Shown here one piece after another: positions 63,261 to 64,000 of a DNA stretch of 64,000 nucleotides. How positions within the stretch are numbered: position 1 is the stretch's first letter; each line of letters starts with the position of its first letter. Position numbers and translations under genes: made by a program. This DNA comes from Clostridia bacterium (lineage in GTDB: Bacteria; Bacillota; Clostridia; Christensenellales; QALW01), in NCBI GenBank assembly GCA_045600145.1, contig JAZRXI010000023.1, positions 16,192 to 80,191 on the forward strand, in the 5' to 3' direction. The notes below the pieces were generated by a model. The model was not told the origin of the DNA, made no database searches, and worked only from the letters and a program-made list of their open reading frames with translations.

Positions 63261-64000
63261 ATGTATAATGAATTTTCGAACGCGGAGCGTGCCGAGGTAC
63301 TGACACAGGCACTCCCGTACATACGGAGATATACCGGAAAGACAATCGTTGTAAAGTACGGCGGCAACGCCATGATAAACAGTCAGCTCAAACAGCAGGT
63401 TATGGAGGATATCGTTCTTCTGCACTTGATAGGCGTGAAGATCGTGCTTGTTCACGGCGGAGGCCCTGAGATAAACGAGCTTATGGATAAGCTCGGTAAG
63501 AAGCCTGAGTTCGTTGACGGACTTCGCGTTACCGATCGTGAGACCGTGGATATAGTGCAGATGGTGCTTGCAGGCAAGGTAAATAAAACGCTTGTTAATC
63601 TGCTTGAGATACAGGGCGGCAGAGCGATAGGGCTTTCGGGCATCGACGGCAGGCTTATCGAGGCGCGCACGAAGAACGAAAAGCTCGGATATGTCGGCGA
63701 GATAACCGATATAAATATCGCACCGGTGACGGATATCCTTGAAAAAGGATATATTCCGGTGATTTCTACTGTTGCCTGCGACAGAGACGGCAACACATAT
63801 AACATCAACGGTGATACCGCCGCAGCGCGCATCGCCGGTGCACTCAATGCCGAACGCCTCATAATGATGACGGATATCGCGGGTATTCTCACAGATAAGG
63901 ACGACCCGGCAACGCTCATACCCGAAATAACTGTTGCCGAAGCCGAAAAGCTTTTTGACAATGGTATAGTTTCGGGCGGCATGATACCCAAGGTAAAATG
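63261..64000 (+). CDS. argB: acetylglutamate kinase (3' end beyond the window)
   Basis: IVVKYGGNAM, LVHGGGPEI, NINGDTAA. Open to the window end and absent from the ORF track because it has no stop. Confidence 0.9.
   Translation, partial: MYNEFSNAERAEVLTQALPYIRRYTGKTIVVKYGGNAMINSQLKQQVMEDIVLLHLIGVKIVLVHGGGPEINELMDKLGKKPEFVDGLRVTDRETVDIVQMVLAGKVNKTLVNLLEIQGGRAIGLSGIDGRLIEARTKNEKLGYVGEITDINIAPVTDILEKGYIPVISTVACDRDGNTYNINGDTAAARIAGALNAERLIMMTDIAGILTDKDDPATLIPEITVAEAEKLFDNGIVSGGMIPKVK

Noticed and set aside
62429-63991. 314-aa and 179-aa minus-strand ORFs.
   Set aside because: They are antisense shadows of argJ and argB, whose products carry unambiguous family motifs.
1-64000. Search for CRISPR arrays, IS elements or transposases, an integrase and rRNA.
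   Set aside because: I found no spaced direct-repeat array, no transposase- or integrase-like ORF and no rRNA-like sequence. The only RNA genes I can support are tRNA-Ser, the DGR TR and the candidate sRNA.

Overview
About 48 kb of this window (1 to ~48,100) is the late and right-hand part of a siphovirus-type temperate prophage from a Firmicutes/Clostridia-like host. Genes are tightly packed, AGGAGG-type ribosome-binding sites (RBS) are common, and many starts overlap the preceding stop (ATGA/ATGxTGA coupling). From left to right the prophage contains: (1) a DNA-modification block with a truncated DUF4942-type protein, a C5-cytosine methyltransferase (MTase), a YkgJ Cys-cluster protein, a Dam methylase, a radical-SAM protein and an ASCH-like protein; (2) many small zinc-ribbon or Cys-rich early proteins; (3) a sigma/ArpU-like late regulator; (4) a permease followed by two PP-loop (PAPS-reductase-like) + ParB-like pairs; (5) terminase small and large subunits, an HNH endonuclease, portal, MuF-like protein, scaffold, capsid, head-tail and tail genes, and a 1326-aa tape measure; (6) baseplate and fibre genes; (7) a lysis cassette; (8) a minus-strand operon of small proteins with a divergent promoter/operator switch and two XRE helix-turn-helix (HTH) proteins. 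The prophage ends near a tRNA-Ser(GGA) at 48230-48321. No integrase and no left end are in the window. The strongest finding is a diversity-generating retroelement (DGR) inside the tail-fibre module. The last ~137 nt of the 1048-aa fibre gene (VR, 39974-40110) are repeated 186 nt downstream (TR, 40297-40433). Fifteen of the 16 mismatches fall at TR adenines (AAC/AAT codons). A reverse transcriptase gene (40564-41823) follows. No Avd-like gene is visible, and two RT motifs look non-canonical (IGYYSSP, NVDD). Other leads are the permease plus doubled PP-loop/ParB block directly upstream of the terminase, a promoter-terminator pair right after the late regulator (Q-like arrangement), a candidate ~77-nt antisense sRNA with its own consensus promoter and terminator, a frameshift-split gene, and a MuF protein with an extra C-terminal domain plus a small acidic downstream ORF. 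From ~48.2 kb to 64 kb the window is ordinary host chromosome: rbgA, rnhB, yraN, a 1599-aa dual GT-C glycosyltransferase, polA, coaE, an SLT transglycosylase, a peptide-type ABC binding protein, and argC-argJ-argB (argB runs off the window). All family assignments come from reading motifs by eye. No database search was possible.
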